In this document: positions 24,763-37,129 of the stretch, piece after piece
Layout of the letters: each line of letters starts with the position of its first letter
How positions within the stretch are numbered: position 1 is the stretch's first letter
The notes under the pieces: model-generated
The model's input: the letters and a program-made list of their open reading frames with translations, nothing else
The model's database searches: none
What the model was told of the DNA's origin: nothing
DNA from: Octopus vulgaris
Taxonomy: Eukaryota
NCBI GenBank assembly: GCA_951406725.2
Contig: OX597816.1
Span: 79,050,001 to 79,114,000, forward strand
Length of the DNA stretch: 64,000 bases
Direction: 5' to 3'
Translations under genes and position numbers: made by a program

Positions 24763-25084
24763 GTGTGTGTGTGTATGTATGTATGTATGTATGTATGTAT
24801 GTATGTATGTATGTGTACACACATATTGATATATGATATATATGGAAAAATCTAAATTAAGAACTTCAATGTCATCATATAAAACATTGACATTTCATAA
24901 CATACTGGTGAGCTACACATGATGCTATATAATACAGACTGGTCAATAAGGTAAGACCTTAGATAGAAGTGTTATTGTAACCTGGTCAGTTAGGTAACAT
25001 GCCTGAAATATAGGAGTTATTGAGGATTTGTTTGCATGGTAATACAGTAAGACAGATGCTAGTATAGCCTTAATCAGTATGGAA

Positions 25085-25640
25085 ATACACCTGATGTAAT
25101 TATTTTTATCTAAGGCATCACCTTTACCTTTGTAACAGTTGACTATGGTACTGCTACACCAGCCATTGGGCATGACTTCTTCATGAACCACCTGATTTAT
25201 AGTATGGGTGACTAAACCATAACCCTCTCTGCTAGATATTTTAAGCATCTCAGCAGTAATTCCTGATGGGCCAGGAGCTCTTCCTGTCTTCATATCCTTA
25301 ATTGCTTTATCTGCGATGGAACTGTCAATTTGGGTAGCCAGTTCCTCAATTGGGTCAACGTTTGGCAGACTCTACTCCTCTCACTCATTCTCTATGTTCA
25401 ACAGTTGTTTGATGATGACATTTCCAAGCCTCTTTCTTGGCAGAATCATTACATGTAAGTGCACCAGCATTCATACAGACACATTTCTCTCATATAACAT
25501 CACAATTTTCTCTCACACACTGTTTTGCAATCTGAAACACTTCAGTTCTTTGATCCTCACATCACTGAACATAGGTAAACTTATTCTTTCCTGCTTCTCC
25601 CTTGGCTAGATATACTTGTCTCCTAGCATCCCTTCTGGCA
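25085..25640 (-). mobile_element. RTE LINE internal fragment (N-terminal RT region)
   Basis: ORF 24943..25293 MKTGRAPGPSGITAEMLK...WCSSTIVNCYKGKGDALDKNNY. Confidence 0.88.
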
Positions 25641-25681
25641 ATCTGATACAGTTCCCTGCTATATATATATATATATATATA

Positions 25682-27695
25682 TCATTATCATCATCATTGT
25701 TTAATGTCCGCTTTCCATGCTAGCATGGGTTGGATGATTTGACTGAGGTCTGGCCAACCAGATGGCTGCACCAGGCTCCAATCATATCTAGCAAAGTTTC
25801 TACAGCTGGATGCCCTTCATAATGCCAACTGTTCCAAGAGTGTAGTGGGTGCTTTTATGTGCCACCTGCACAGGAGCCAGTCCAGCGGCACTGGCTATGA
25901 CCTTGCTCAAATGTTTTTTCACATGCCACCAGCACAAGTGCCAGTTAGGCGATGCAGATAATGATCACTCTCGGATGGTGCTTTTTATGTGCCACTGGCA
26001 AGGAAGCCAGTTTGTTGCTCTGGCGACAATCATGCTCAGATGGTGCTCTTAGCGCTCCACAAGCATGGATGCCAGTCATCAAATTTGATTTCAATTTCAC
26101 TTGCCTCAATATGTCTTCACAAGCAGAGTTTAGTGTCCAATGAAGGAAAGTTAGTGGGCTGGTTACACCCCTGGCATAGGCTACGAGGTTATGGTCTCAC
26201 TTGGCTTGCCAAGTCTTCTCAAGCACAACATATTTCCAAAGGTCCCGGTCATTAGTCATTGCCTTGGTGAGGCCCAATGTTCAAAGGCCATGCTTCACTA
26301 CCTCATCCCAGGTTTTCCTGGGTCAACCTGTTGCACAGGTTCCCTCAACCACTAGGGTGTGGCACTTTTTCACACAGCTATCCACATCCATTCTCGCCAT
26401 GTGGCCATTACCAGCACAGATGTCACTCTTGCACACCACATCTGATGCTTCTTAAGTCCAACTTTTCTCTCAAGGTACTTACACTCTGTCGAGTATGCAC
26501 ACTGATATTAAACATCCATCCAAGCATACTGGCTTCATTCCTTGCAAGCTTATGCATGTCCTCAGCAGTCACAGCCCATGTTTCACTGCCATTTAGCATG
26601 GCTGTTCGTACACATGCATCATACAGTCTACCTTTTACTCTGAGCGAGAGGTCCTTTGTCACCAGCAGAGGTAAGAGCTCTCTGAACTTTGCCCATGCTA
26701 TTCTTATTCTAGCAACTACACTTTCAGTGCACCCTCCCTGCTACTGACTTGGTCCCTAGGTATCAGAAGCTATCAACTACTGCAAGTTTTTCTCCCTGAA
26801 ATGTGGGAGATGTTCTCTGCACATTTTCAGAGTTTATTGCTCCTGAGTATCTGTCACATACAAAAACTTTCTTCCCAGTTAGCTTTCCTTTGATATTGCT
26901 GCACCTCTTATGTGTCCATAGCTTACACTGGGTACATCTTATAGAGTTTCTACCTACACCTTTTCTACAGATCGAGCAGGGCCATCTACCTGAAGGGATT
27001 TGTGGTTTAACTACCTTCCTACTTATTAGGACTTTGGTTTTTGCTAGGTTGACTCTAAGGCCCTTTGATTCTAATCCTTGTTTCCACACTTGAAACTTCT
27101 CCTCTAGTTCTGATAGTGACTCAGCAATTAGAGCAAGGTCGTCAGCATAGAGGAGCTCCCAGGGCCATCCTGTCTTGAATTCCTCTGGAGGACTATGATA
27201 AATAGGAGGGGGCTGAGGACTGAACCTTGGTGGACCCCTACCTCAACCCAGAATTCTTCACTGTACGTGTTGCCAACCCTCACCTTACTGACAGTGTCCC
27301 TGTACATGGCTTGCACAGCTCTCACTAACCATTCATCACCAGATAAGGGATCGGGGGACCCTGTCAAAGGCTTTCGCCATGTCAACGAAAGCCAGGTACA
27401 GAGGTTTATCTTTGGCTAGGTATTTCTCTTGCAGCTGTCTTACCAGGAATATAGCATCAGTGGTGCATTTCCTTGGCACAAACCCAAACTGCATCTCATC
27501 TAAACTAACTCTCTCCCTAATTAGTTGGGCTATGACCCTCTCCGTGATCTTCATTACCTGATCCAACAACTTGATACCTCTGTAGTTATTTGTATCTAAA
27601 GTGTCACCTTTACCTTTGTAGCAGTTGACTATAGTGCTGCTACACCAGTCATTGGGTATGACTCCTTTTTGTATCAGCTGGTTAACTATGTACCA
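25682..27695 (-). mobile_element. RTE LINE (PHD-finger family), 5'-truncated, disrupted
   Basis: NYRGIKLL, QFGF, FVDMAKAFD, GVHQGSVLSPLLF, YADD, WPCSICRKGVGRNSIRCTQCKLWTHKRC, GSETW; (CAT)n tail. Confidence 0.93.
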
Positions 27696-27699
27696 CTGA

Positions 27700-28750
27700 C
27701 ATGAGAGCCAGTCAGGCAACACTGGCATCAGCTATGCTCGAATGGTGCTTTTTACATGCCATCGGCTTGGAAGCCAGTCAGGCAGCACTGACATTGGACA
27801 CAATTACGACTTCACTTGGCTCAACAGGTCTGCTCAAGCACAGTAGATTGCCTGACAATAGAAGGGTACTTTTAAACAGGCCAATTATGCGATACTGGCA
27901 TTGGCTACGGCTAGTCTCACTTGGCTTGCCAGGTCTTCTGAAGCACAACATATCTCCAAAGGTCTTGGTCGCTTGTCATTGCCTCTGTGAGGCCCAATGT
28001 TCGAAGGTCATGCTTCACCACCTAATCTCATGTGTTCCTGGATCTACCTCTTCCACAAGTTCCCTCCACTGTTAGGGTGTGACACTTCACACAGCTGTCC
28101 TCATCCATATGCGACACATGACCATTCCAGCACAGTCATTGCACACCACATCTGATGCTTCTTATGTCCAACTTTTCTCTCAGGGTTAATACATTCTGTT
28201 TTGTATGTACACTGACATTACACATCCTGCAGAGCATACTAGCTTCATTTCGCTCAAGCCTGCACATGTCCTCAGCAGTCACAGCCTATCTTTCCCTGCC
28301 ATGTAGCATGGCTATTCACACACAGGGATCATACAGTCTACCTTTCACTCTGAGTGAGAGGCCCTTTGTTAGTAGCAGAGGTAGGAGCTCTCTGAACTTT
28401 GCCCAGCCTATTCTTATTCTAGTAGCTATGCTTTCAGAGCATCCACCCACTACTACTGACTTGGTCACCTAGGTAACAGAAGCTATCAACTACTTCTAGT
28501 TTTTTACCCTGGCATCTGATGGAATCTGTTTTCTGTACATCTTCAGTGTTTATTGCCCTTGTGCATCTGCCACACACAAAAATTATCTTCCCAGTTAACC
28601 TTCCTTTTATATAGCTGCACCTCTTATGCATCCATAGTTTACACTGGGTACATGTTTTGGAGTTTCTAATTACACTTTTTCTACAGATTGGGCAAAGCCA
28701 TCTACCTGAAGGGGTTTTTGAATTATCTCCTTTCTACTTACTAAGACTTT
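27700..28750 (-). mobile_element. RTE LINE (PHD-finger family), second copy head-to-tail with the previous one
   Basis: 3' UTR repeat at about 27700 and ORF 28434..28631 HKRCSYIKG...CGRC...YLGD. Confidence 0.88.
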
Positions 28751-28899
28751 ATGTAAATATGCTTAGTATGAAAGTATTTCCTGTTAATTCATATCTGCAA
28801 GGCCATAAGTCTTAAGAATGTTTCTTATACTCATTAAACTTTTTCATCTCTCTCCTCTCTTTTCCCACTCCCAGCAATAACTCATAATTAAAAACATGG

Positions 28900-30180
28900 C
28901 AGTCCCTCTGACCCTGCCAACTACTGTACTATGGCACTCTCTTCCAGCATTTCAAAGTGATGGTCAAACTATTTACAACAATCTGTTTCAATCTCTCTCT
29001 CTCTCTCTCTTCCTCACCTTTGTGAATAACAGTTTAGTTTTTATACTATCAGCTCTATTGGAGATCTGTTATATATTTTCCACACTAGAGAGCACATGCC
29101 TTTGAGAAATTTTATGAAACGTCATTGTTACTCTCAGCATGAGCAAGTTATTCAACTGCATTTAGTATGCAAATCTGGTAAAATTCCTTACATATAGGCT
29201 GTACACAACTCTCTTCTTATGAATCAGTGTCTTCATGCCAGATCACAGTACTATGGCAGGTATTAATATCATAGCACTCTTAACTCCCGCTCTATAATTT
29301 CTGATATGTCATCCACACTTTTCTTCCTCTACAGTGACAACCTCTGTGATTTCACTATCAGCAACACCCATTCTTATATAGATGATAATAGCCTTTATTA
29401 CTCCTCAACATTCTACACCTATGTCATGTAGATGCAACCTTGATACTTCATTCTAAGTTTACACTAACTTCAAAAATATCCTCCAATATGGTCATGTCAA
29501 TGTTGTGTACTTTAATGCTACAATGAAAACCACTACATATATCAAGAAGGAAAACATTATCTTCACACACTCCTCTTAAACATGAATAGTATGCAGCTAG
29601 ACATCACAGAGTTACTGAAAATAGCAGGCCTAAGTCTCACTGAGAATCTCTTAATAGTCAAAACTGCATCACAATGCCTGGTCTTCCTTTCAAGAGTAAG
29701 AAAATACTTGAACACCCAGCAGCTAATTAATTATTAATAAAACCCCAAAACAGAGAACTGCTTTCTTATCTAGGATAGCACTGCTGCATATCCACAGACA
29801 TCCTAGACCACATCCAGGAAGTAAAGGCTACTCCACAGAGTCTTATGAAGTCATTTCCCAACACACTCTGGCTTGCAAACATGCTGTTCTCTTTCAGTAT
29901 TATTTTTTATACTAATTTTACTGTGTCCTCTGCTGTTTGGTGGTGCTGCTGGCTTGTCTCATATCATCTTTCCTCAGCCATTCCTGACTTTCCTATCTTT
30001 CTCTTTCTCACTGCCTTTATTGTAACTCCACTCCTACCACCAACTAAACCCAACATTAAGCATTATTCCCATTTCTTCTTCAGAATGGTATTCTAGAATT
30101 CTCACCCTGCACTTGTCTTTTTTGCCATCATCAAATTACAAATATTTAAAGGAATGTTAACTACATCGATATCAGTGGTC
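28900..30180 (+). mobile_element. Old CR1/Jockey-like LINE remnant
   Basis: YIDD (YADD-like) at about 29375, GLSLTENL at about 29630, and HYSHFFFRMVF*NS near 30060-30100. Confidence 0.45.
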
Positions 30181-30622
30181 TCAGAGGTCTTGTGATGGTC
30201 ATGGTCTCAATTCTTTCCACCAAACTAATAATGTATAAAAAAATAAAATAAAAATGAATTTAATGGAATATGTGACCAAGAATCAAGCCTAGGTTGTAGA
30301 CTAGGTTTTCTCAAGAGTTTACCATTTGTGCAATACATTAATCTCATTAATTATATAATGAAAGGGAGATTGCAAAACTCGGGGCTGATACTTAACTTAT
30401 GGATTCAGTTGACAAGGAGTTTACCATTTCCTGCTCTATGGAATTCAATGGTAATAGACTATAAAGTAGAAATACCAGTGTTGTTTAATTATCACTATAG
30501 GTTGTTTTAAAGCTCTCAACAGGAAATATAACCTAGATAGTTTATCAAATGGTTTATAAAGAAATCTTTTATTTAAAAAAAATATGGCCATAAAAAAGAT
30601 AATGAACAAAATAAACACTTAC

Positions 30623-30730
30623 GGCAATTCATTTCATCACTACCATCACTACAATCATTGGTTCTGTCACATACTTTAGATTCACTATAACAATAATTAC
30701 TTTTACACTTTCTTGTTCCAGCTGGACAAT
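30623..30730 (-). CDS. MAM/LDLa gene exon F: LDL-receptor class A repeat 1
   Basis: tatttcag acceptor, gtaagt donor, 108 nt, phase 1/1. [36 protein letters not shown] has six Cys and the canonical DCxDGSDE motif. Confidence 0.93.
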
Positions 30731-31318
30731 CTGAAATAATAGGAAATAAAAACAGAACATTTTAAAAACATGTAATTAAATATAAATACTTAAAATCTAA
30801 ACAAGTTGATGTATTTACTTGATTATAATTTTTGCTTTCTAAGCATCAAAACAATAATTCAGGAAACATTTGTCTCAATTACCTATGAACCTCTCTCTCT
30901 CCCCTTCTCTCTCATGATAACCTCACATGTATAACATTTCTAAAACTTCTTTACAAAGAATTCTTCTTCAGAGCCACAATACACTTTGTCTTCAACCACC
31001 TGGTGACTTAACAAATCCCAAAGGATATCTACACTTGAAGTATTGTTCACATATTGAAAGTGCTGCTGCTTTGTTCATAAAAATTAGAGGTTTAAATGAA
31101 AAGACTGTTTAGCTAAGATTATTTCTCCAACAAACTACAGCTATTGACTCACATACATGTTGCTTCTTTTCTTTATCCCATCTACTGATACTGCACCAGG
31201 CTTCATTCTGCTAAATCATCTATTTCATTAATCCCCTCCTTTCATCACTCTAATACGCAAATATTTTGGGAGTTGGATGAAAGTTATAAGCTTTATATTT
31301 AAGTGCTCATATTAACCA

Positions 31319-31790
31319 CACTGTGTAACAAAATTTTTATTTGTTCTTGTCTTTGGTTAGTAAGTGTTATTTCCTATTTGCTTCTATCTAGAAATCAAAG
31401 GAAATGATTACCATTCCCTTTGGACTTTGGTTTTATGACCTGGACATCGATGTTTTGAAACTTTCCCATTACATTTTAGACACAATCAGTGCTGAGTTGC
31501 TGAAGTAGAAATATTCTAACAAATATTCTGCTCAGTACTATAGATTTGCTTGTTAGTTGCTTGTCTTAACCACTTGAGCATGTGCCTTAGTGGTTGACAA
31601 TATGTGCATCACTGAGCAGGAGTAGTGGGAGATCATCACAGCCATGTGTTGAGAGGGGTTCTTTGGGGATTTTAAAAATGTAACAAAAGCAAAGTTTGAA
31701 GGAAATATTAGTTATTTTTCATACTTTCTGGGAGTAAGCAAATAGGAAATAACAATTGCTACCCAAGGACAAAATCCGTGTTACACAATG
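31319..31790. mobile_element. MITE/non-autonomous DNA transposon with about 70-bp imperfect TIRs
   Basis: cactgtgtaaca...tgttatttcctatttgctt on the left and aagcaaataggaaataaca...tgttacacaatg on the right. Confidence 0.65.
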
Positions 31791-32149
31791 TTATGCATGT
31801 AACAGGAATAATTAGTAATTAGAGTACTCTATTTGATGTCGTGATTTGCAAGAAAATTACCTATGTCATAAAAAAAAAATGACCAATCAAAGCTTCACAG
31901 GGAACTGGCTCCAACAGCAATTTCTTCATTGGGCATGTTTCTTTCTGTGCTTACGCATCACTATATATTCAGTGTACCTTAGCTACAAGAGGGGATGGCA
32001 GACAGATGGTAAAGAGATGGTGGACAGCAGCTGACCCAAGCCCACAACACAAAAGCAATAAACAGGCAGTGGATGAGAGACATTAGAAGACAATGAATGA
32101 ATGATGGCAGCAACATAATGGCCAGCTAACAGTTTGACTGCTGCTACAA

Positions 32150-34430
32150 TCACACCAATCCAAGAACCACTATCTCCAACACTATCAATGTTTTGTTGTT
32201 CATAGCAATGACAACATTCTTTTTTTTTTGTTTACAAAAGGAATAAATATTCAAAAATATTCAAACTGATATCACTGTTCTTCTTCATAATGAGTGGTGA
32301 CCCCAAATGACTCTTTCCGTAGGACACAGCTTGCCTATACCTTGTGAGTTCACAAATAATGCTGTCTCTGAGAAAATTCTCTCTTTGAGCAACTTTTCCC
32401 TGCTGATGCAGCCATGCCATGTAATCACCATCTCTGTCATTGATACACTGATGATCATATCCCAAATATGTTTCTTCTCAGCACTTCAAATGTTTCTAGT
32501 AACACTACCGAGATGCTAGTATGCAAACTGCAACATTATCAATACCAACCACTAAATTCCTATTCATCTTGTTTGCTTTGTTGTTCATCAAAAGAGACTG
32601 ACAACATTAAATGCCTGCAATTGGTTCATCTTGAATCTCTAATGATATCAACCTTGCCCTCTGAACAAGCAATATCAACACATTTTCCCACTGATGCCTC
32701 TGTCTATTCCAGTGACAAGAATGAGATAAGTCAACATGCGTTTTCTCCAGTGCAGTATGAAAAAAGACTGTTTACTTTATCAAGATTATTATTTGCTTTC
32801 CTTACTGATTTCTCCTTCTTTCTCTTCATACATGCATACATCTCCAGCAAAATTTTTAAATGTTAAAAGGGGAAACAAATATGCTGAGCAGTGAAACATT
32901 GAACTATTATAGAAAGTATTGTACAGAATGCACAGAACATGTGGAATTCTTGATAAAAGGAGTAAACATCATTTGCACAATCAGTTAATTTGTGATGATA
33001 CAATGCTACCTGTAAATGGACCAAATTTAAAAGCTAACATTTTGTTGAACTTCAAATTAAAGAATTTTTACAAGTTGACAATTTAAATAATAGTATTATG
33101 GAGTTAAGTTTAAAGCCTAAAAGCATTTCAAACTATTGTTCAGAACTTACTTTAAAATGTTAAACTTCAAGATTACAAAGGGCTAATTGAAAGCACAATT
33201 CTCAACTGTTCAGAAACAGGTATAAAAATGAATGTGATATTAAGCATTTTCCATTTTCATCTTAGCTATTTTATGGGAAAGATAGTCACAAACAATGTGA
33301 ATGCTTCCACTTAGACATAATGTTGATGGGAGAAAGATATCCAAGTCAATGAAAACATAAGTATACAAGCTATAATACTGGTTGTTTGAGCTGGGTTGAA
33401 AACTCAAATAAATATTTTTAAAAATGAAGTTTTTGTGTTTGTGATTTTTTAAATTTCATTTGTAATTTTGTTGTGAACAGTTATTTAAAAAAATCTGAGA
33501 TGACTTAGACAAAAAATTATTCATTAAAGAAAATTGTATCAGAATTACCATAAAAAAACCCATGTAATTTATGCACTTGTCTTTTTGCAAAATAAAAATG
33601 AGCTTTAGGGGCTGCATAAATTACATAACTTTTTTTTTTGTTGAAAAAGACGCACAAAACATAAACATTTGTAGAAGAAGTTGACTCATTTAATGTCAGA
33701 ATAAGCTTTTGCAGGTAAAATAACAGCTTAAATATAATGAAGTTGACTTTCATTTATGCTGGATGGTATAATGCTTACTTTTTCTGTATAAATTTACTAA
33801 AACCATTAAATGGTTGACTACTTTTTGAAGTCGGACGTTCATGCTGGTAAACACGGTCCAGACCATATTTACATTGCTTGAAGGTTCTACCTATCGCAAT
33901 GGAGCACCATTGACATACATAGTAATATGGATATTTCTGACTGAAAAAAATGTAATGATATGGATAATTTTGATTGTGTTTTCATTTTTGTCTGTTTATT
34001 ACTAGGCACAGTTTTAAGTTTGTCATACTGTTTATACCAATTTCGAACATTGGCTTCATTAACATTAAAATGCCTTCTGGCAGCTCTATTGTCTTATTCA
34101 AATGCATATTCAGCATATTTAATTTCTCCTTCACCGTAAATGATTCATAAGTTCTGCCTATACTGACAATAATGGTAATGACAAATTTTTAAGTTTGCTT
34201 GACATTTTGTAAGTGTGAAAGGGATTAACATTTTGATATTCTGTATCAAAGGTTCTAACAAGAATAGGTGGAAAAGAATTCTGTTTACATAATCAGTTTG
34301 ATCAGTCACCTTCCTCTGTCTGTTAAGTAAAGTGTCATCCAAACTGATGTTTATTGGCATTTGAACTTAATTTGCAACACCTGTGCATATTTATCAGCTT
34401 TGTTGTTGTTGGTAATTCTTATCAACAACT
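32150..34430 (-). mobile_element. Highly decayed hAT (Charlie/Buster-like) transposase remnants
   Basis: Minus-strand patches ITMYVNGAPL (cf. ICTDGAPAM), HYTIQH (cf. HCIIH) and WLHQQGKVAQR (cf. WLSRGKVL.R). Weak similarity judged by eye. Confidence 0.35.
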
Positions 34431-34484
34431 TTCCCTGTGATCATGATTTGAGAAGACATACAGCAGCATGCTAATGATTGAACA

Positions 34485-35106
34485 TACTGAAAACACAGGA
34501 CTGTGAAATGAAACTTTTTGAAAATTGTTTTAATAATGGTATGTTACTTTATATATTTTTGTGGAGCTAAATCAAAATATCAAAACAGCTCTTCCCTGTT
34601 GCCTAAAATGTAAAATAAAGTTTATTATAAACAACACAAACACTTTGTAATTTAATAGCTTTCAATGTGATAACTGTTAAACAGAAATTATTTTTATTTA
34701 AGGAAAATTTAATAAAATCTAATCCTAAATGAAATTATGCTAAATGCAGCTAAATTGAAAACCTTCTTCTGGTTATATTGACAAATTCTGAAAATTTTGG
34801 GGTACGATATTTACACGAGTAGAAGCTTTTTTTAACAAATTTTTTCCTGAAAATTACCTGTGTAAATTACACACGTGCACAATTGATAATTATTTAACTC
34901 TATCAGATTTAAAAAGGGGAGATAACTAGTGTCTGTACTTGAGCTCAATATCCAATAACAACACATTTCTTAAGAAAAAATTACTGAAAACACAGGACTG
35001 TGAAATGAAACTTTTTGAAAATTGTTTTGATAATGGTATGTTACTTTATATATTTTTGTGGAGCTAAATCAAAATATCAAAACAGCTCTTCCCTATTGCC
35101 TAAAAT
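34485..35106 (+). repeat. 125-bp direct repeat (34485-34609 and 34982-35106)
   Basis: tactgaaaacacaggactgtgaaatg...gcctaaaat occurs twice with about 2 mismatches. Confidence 0.92.
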
Positions 35107-35109
35107 TTT

Positions 35110-36930
35110 CTCAAAATGTAATCATGAAATATACCATAATTTGTAGGTAAATCTACAACTGGCAAGACAAAATGAAACTAATAAAAATGAATTTGGTACT
35201 TTATTTAGTCAAATAAAAAGGCACAAATGCAATTGGAAAGTGAAAAAGTAGATTTTTACAAAGGTTCCATTCATGTTTTAGGTTTAGTACCTCAAAATCT
35301 ATTCTTTTCCACTTGGAAATCATGCCAGGAACTCTTTTGCATATAAGAATTTGTTCACTATCCAACAATAGTTGGTCATCATATGACCATTCCATCTGCC
35401 CTCATATCTTCTTTCCATCTCCTTTATGTCTTGATGAAACCTTCCCCCTGCTCCTCACTCACATCCTCAGATTTTCCAGAAAGAAATCCAAATGGATATG
35501 TAGGAAATTAACTTTAATGCTCATTCTATATCATAATGTCTTAAACTTTGCCAGCATTCTTGCCACTATACCTTTGTAGTTTGTATCCCTATGATTACCC
35601 TAGAAATTCTTCACTATATCTTTAAAACTAATGCTTGCATATTTTTTGAGAATCACTAAAAGAGTTTCCAAATTTTCATACTTGATGAGCTTCCTCATAT
35701 CTGGTCCCACAAGTACACCCTTTTCATCCTTGGTGTCTGATAGGGGAGGAAACTTGCTATGCAAATATTTGAAGCTCTCTCCATCTTGTGGCAAAACTTC
35801 TATGAACTGCTTCATGAGATCAAGTTTTATATACAGTGGAGCAAAAGAACCCTTTTTGGAACCAAACTTTCTTGGAGGACATACTTTGTTCCTGGTCTAA
35901 GCGTAGTCCTACATGGCCATCTTTTTTAAACCAGTGGAGGTTCCTGGAACTATTGTCCCATCCACATAAGGAACAAAGAAACTTTGTGTAGCCTGACTAT
36001 TGTCCAAGCAACATACAAATTATTTTCAAGTTGTTCTAAATCATCCAGTTGTGATCTTTGAATTTAATCTTGTTTAAGAGTGACATCAAAATTTTCATGT
36101 TTTCTTCATGGTCATTGAGTGTCCAGCAGGGATGTTATGCAGTAGAACAACTTTAAGATATCTTTTTGAAGAATCAATAAAGGGTCTCCATTAAACAGTG
36201 TTGTAACTAGTGCCAAACTTTTTTATTTGTCCTTATGGAACTGTACAATAAATCAATTTTTTTTTTTTGAAATAAGAAACAAATTCTTTTCTGCTGTTAT
36301 GATACCTATAGAATGATGCATGAGGAGCTAAAAGATTTTTGGATTTCAGTCTGGAACCTAAAAGCTCTGCTGACTCCTTTGCAAGCCCTGAGTCCCTCAC
36401 CAGATTGTTTAATTCACCCTAATTAAATAATTGAGGTTCTTCATCTTCACTACTATTGAAGTCTTCATCATCGTTGCTATTTCTGCCTTATGACTTAGAA
36501 CTCAAACGTATGTCTTCAAGGTTACCTGCTGGTGATGGGACTGGAACATCTGCTCCATGGGCAACAGGCTTCAATGCAGATGAGAGACTTGGATAAACAA
36601 TGCTTTTCCCACTCATCAGATTGTGTCCTTGCGCCTTACTTGATTAAAAGTATTAGTCATCGCTGTGATTTTATGCTCTATCCATATTATTGGAATCCCA
36701 AAACGAAAGGATTTCTCAGTAAATTTGTCCATTGACTTAGTTCCTCATCATAAAATAAACAGGCCACTTCATGTATTAATCTCTTAATTTCACACCAAAG
36801 TTGGCATAGTAAAATTTTTTGATGACATTGGTAATGTTTTTCTGGTGTAGCTTAGTCATAAATTTGCTGCAACTGTAACTAAAGTTATCCAGTCTTTTTG
36901 CACATTTATAAGACATCCTTACTTCAGATG
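35110..36930 (-). mobile_element. Chapaev3-like (CMC) DNA transposon, disrupted transposase
   Basis: DNFSYSCSKF...NIT...FGVKLRD, LYIKLDLMKQF...FKYLHSKFPPLS...GVLVGP, and LHIHLDFF...SEEQGEGFIK correspond to motifs LHIKLGLMKQF and HSHLDFF..SEEQGERFHQ. Confidence 0.7.
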
Positions 36931-37129
36931 ATATGGAGGCCTGTAAGGAAAGGGGAAGGGGATATTTTTTAACAGTATATATTTGATTTACCATCAAAAT
37001 ACATACATATCATTAAAGAAGCAATGAAATATAACTAATGATACAGTAAAACAATATATATAGTATGTATGTTTGTTGGTAGTCTATTGGTGTCTGGCAA
37101 TGACAAAATCTATGTTCTCAGTGATGAGA

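Noticed and set aside
33779-33940. Exon-like segment on the minus strand (ttttttcag ... gtaagc, open as QKYPYYYVCQWCSIAIG...)
   Set aside because: Its open frame needs a phase-2 entry; in the required phase 1 it hits a stop. Exons E and F join correctly without it, and another frame resembles hAT transposase (NGAP, HYTIQH).
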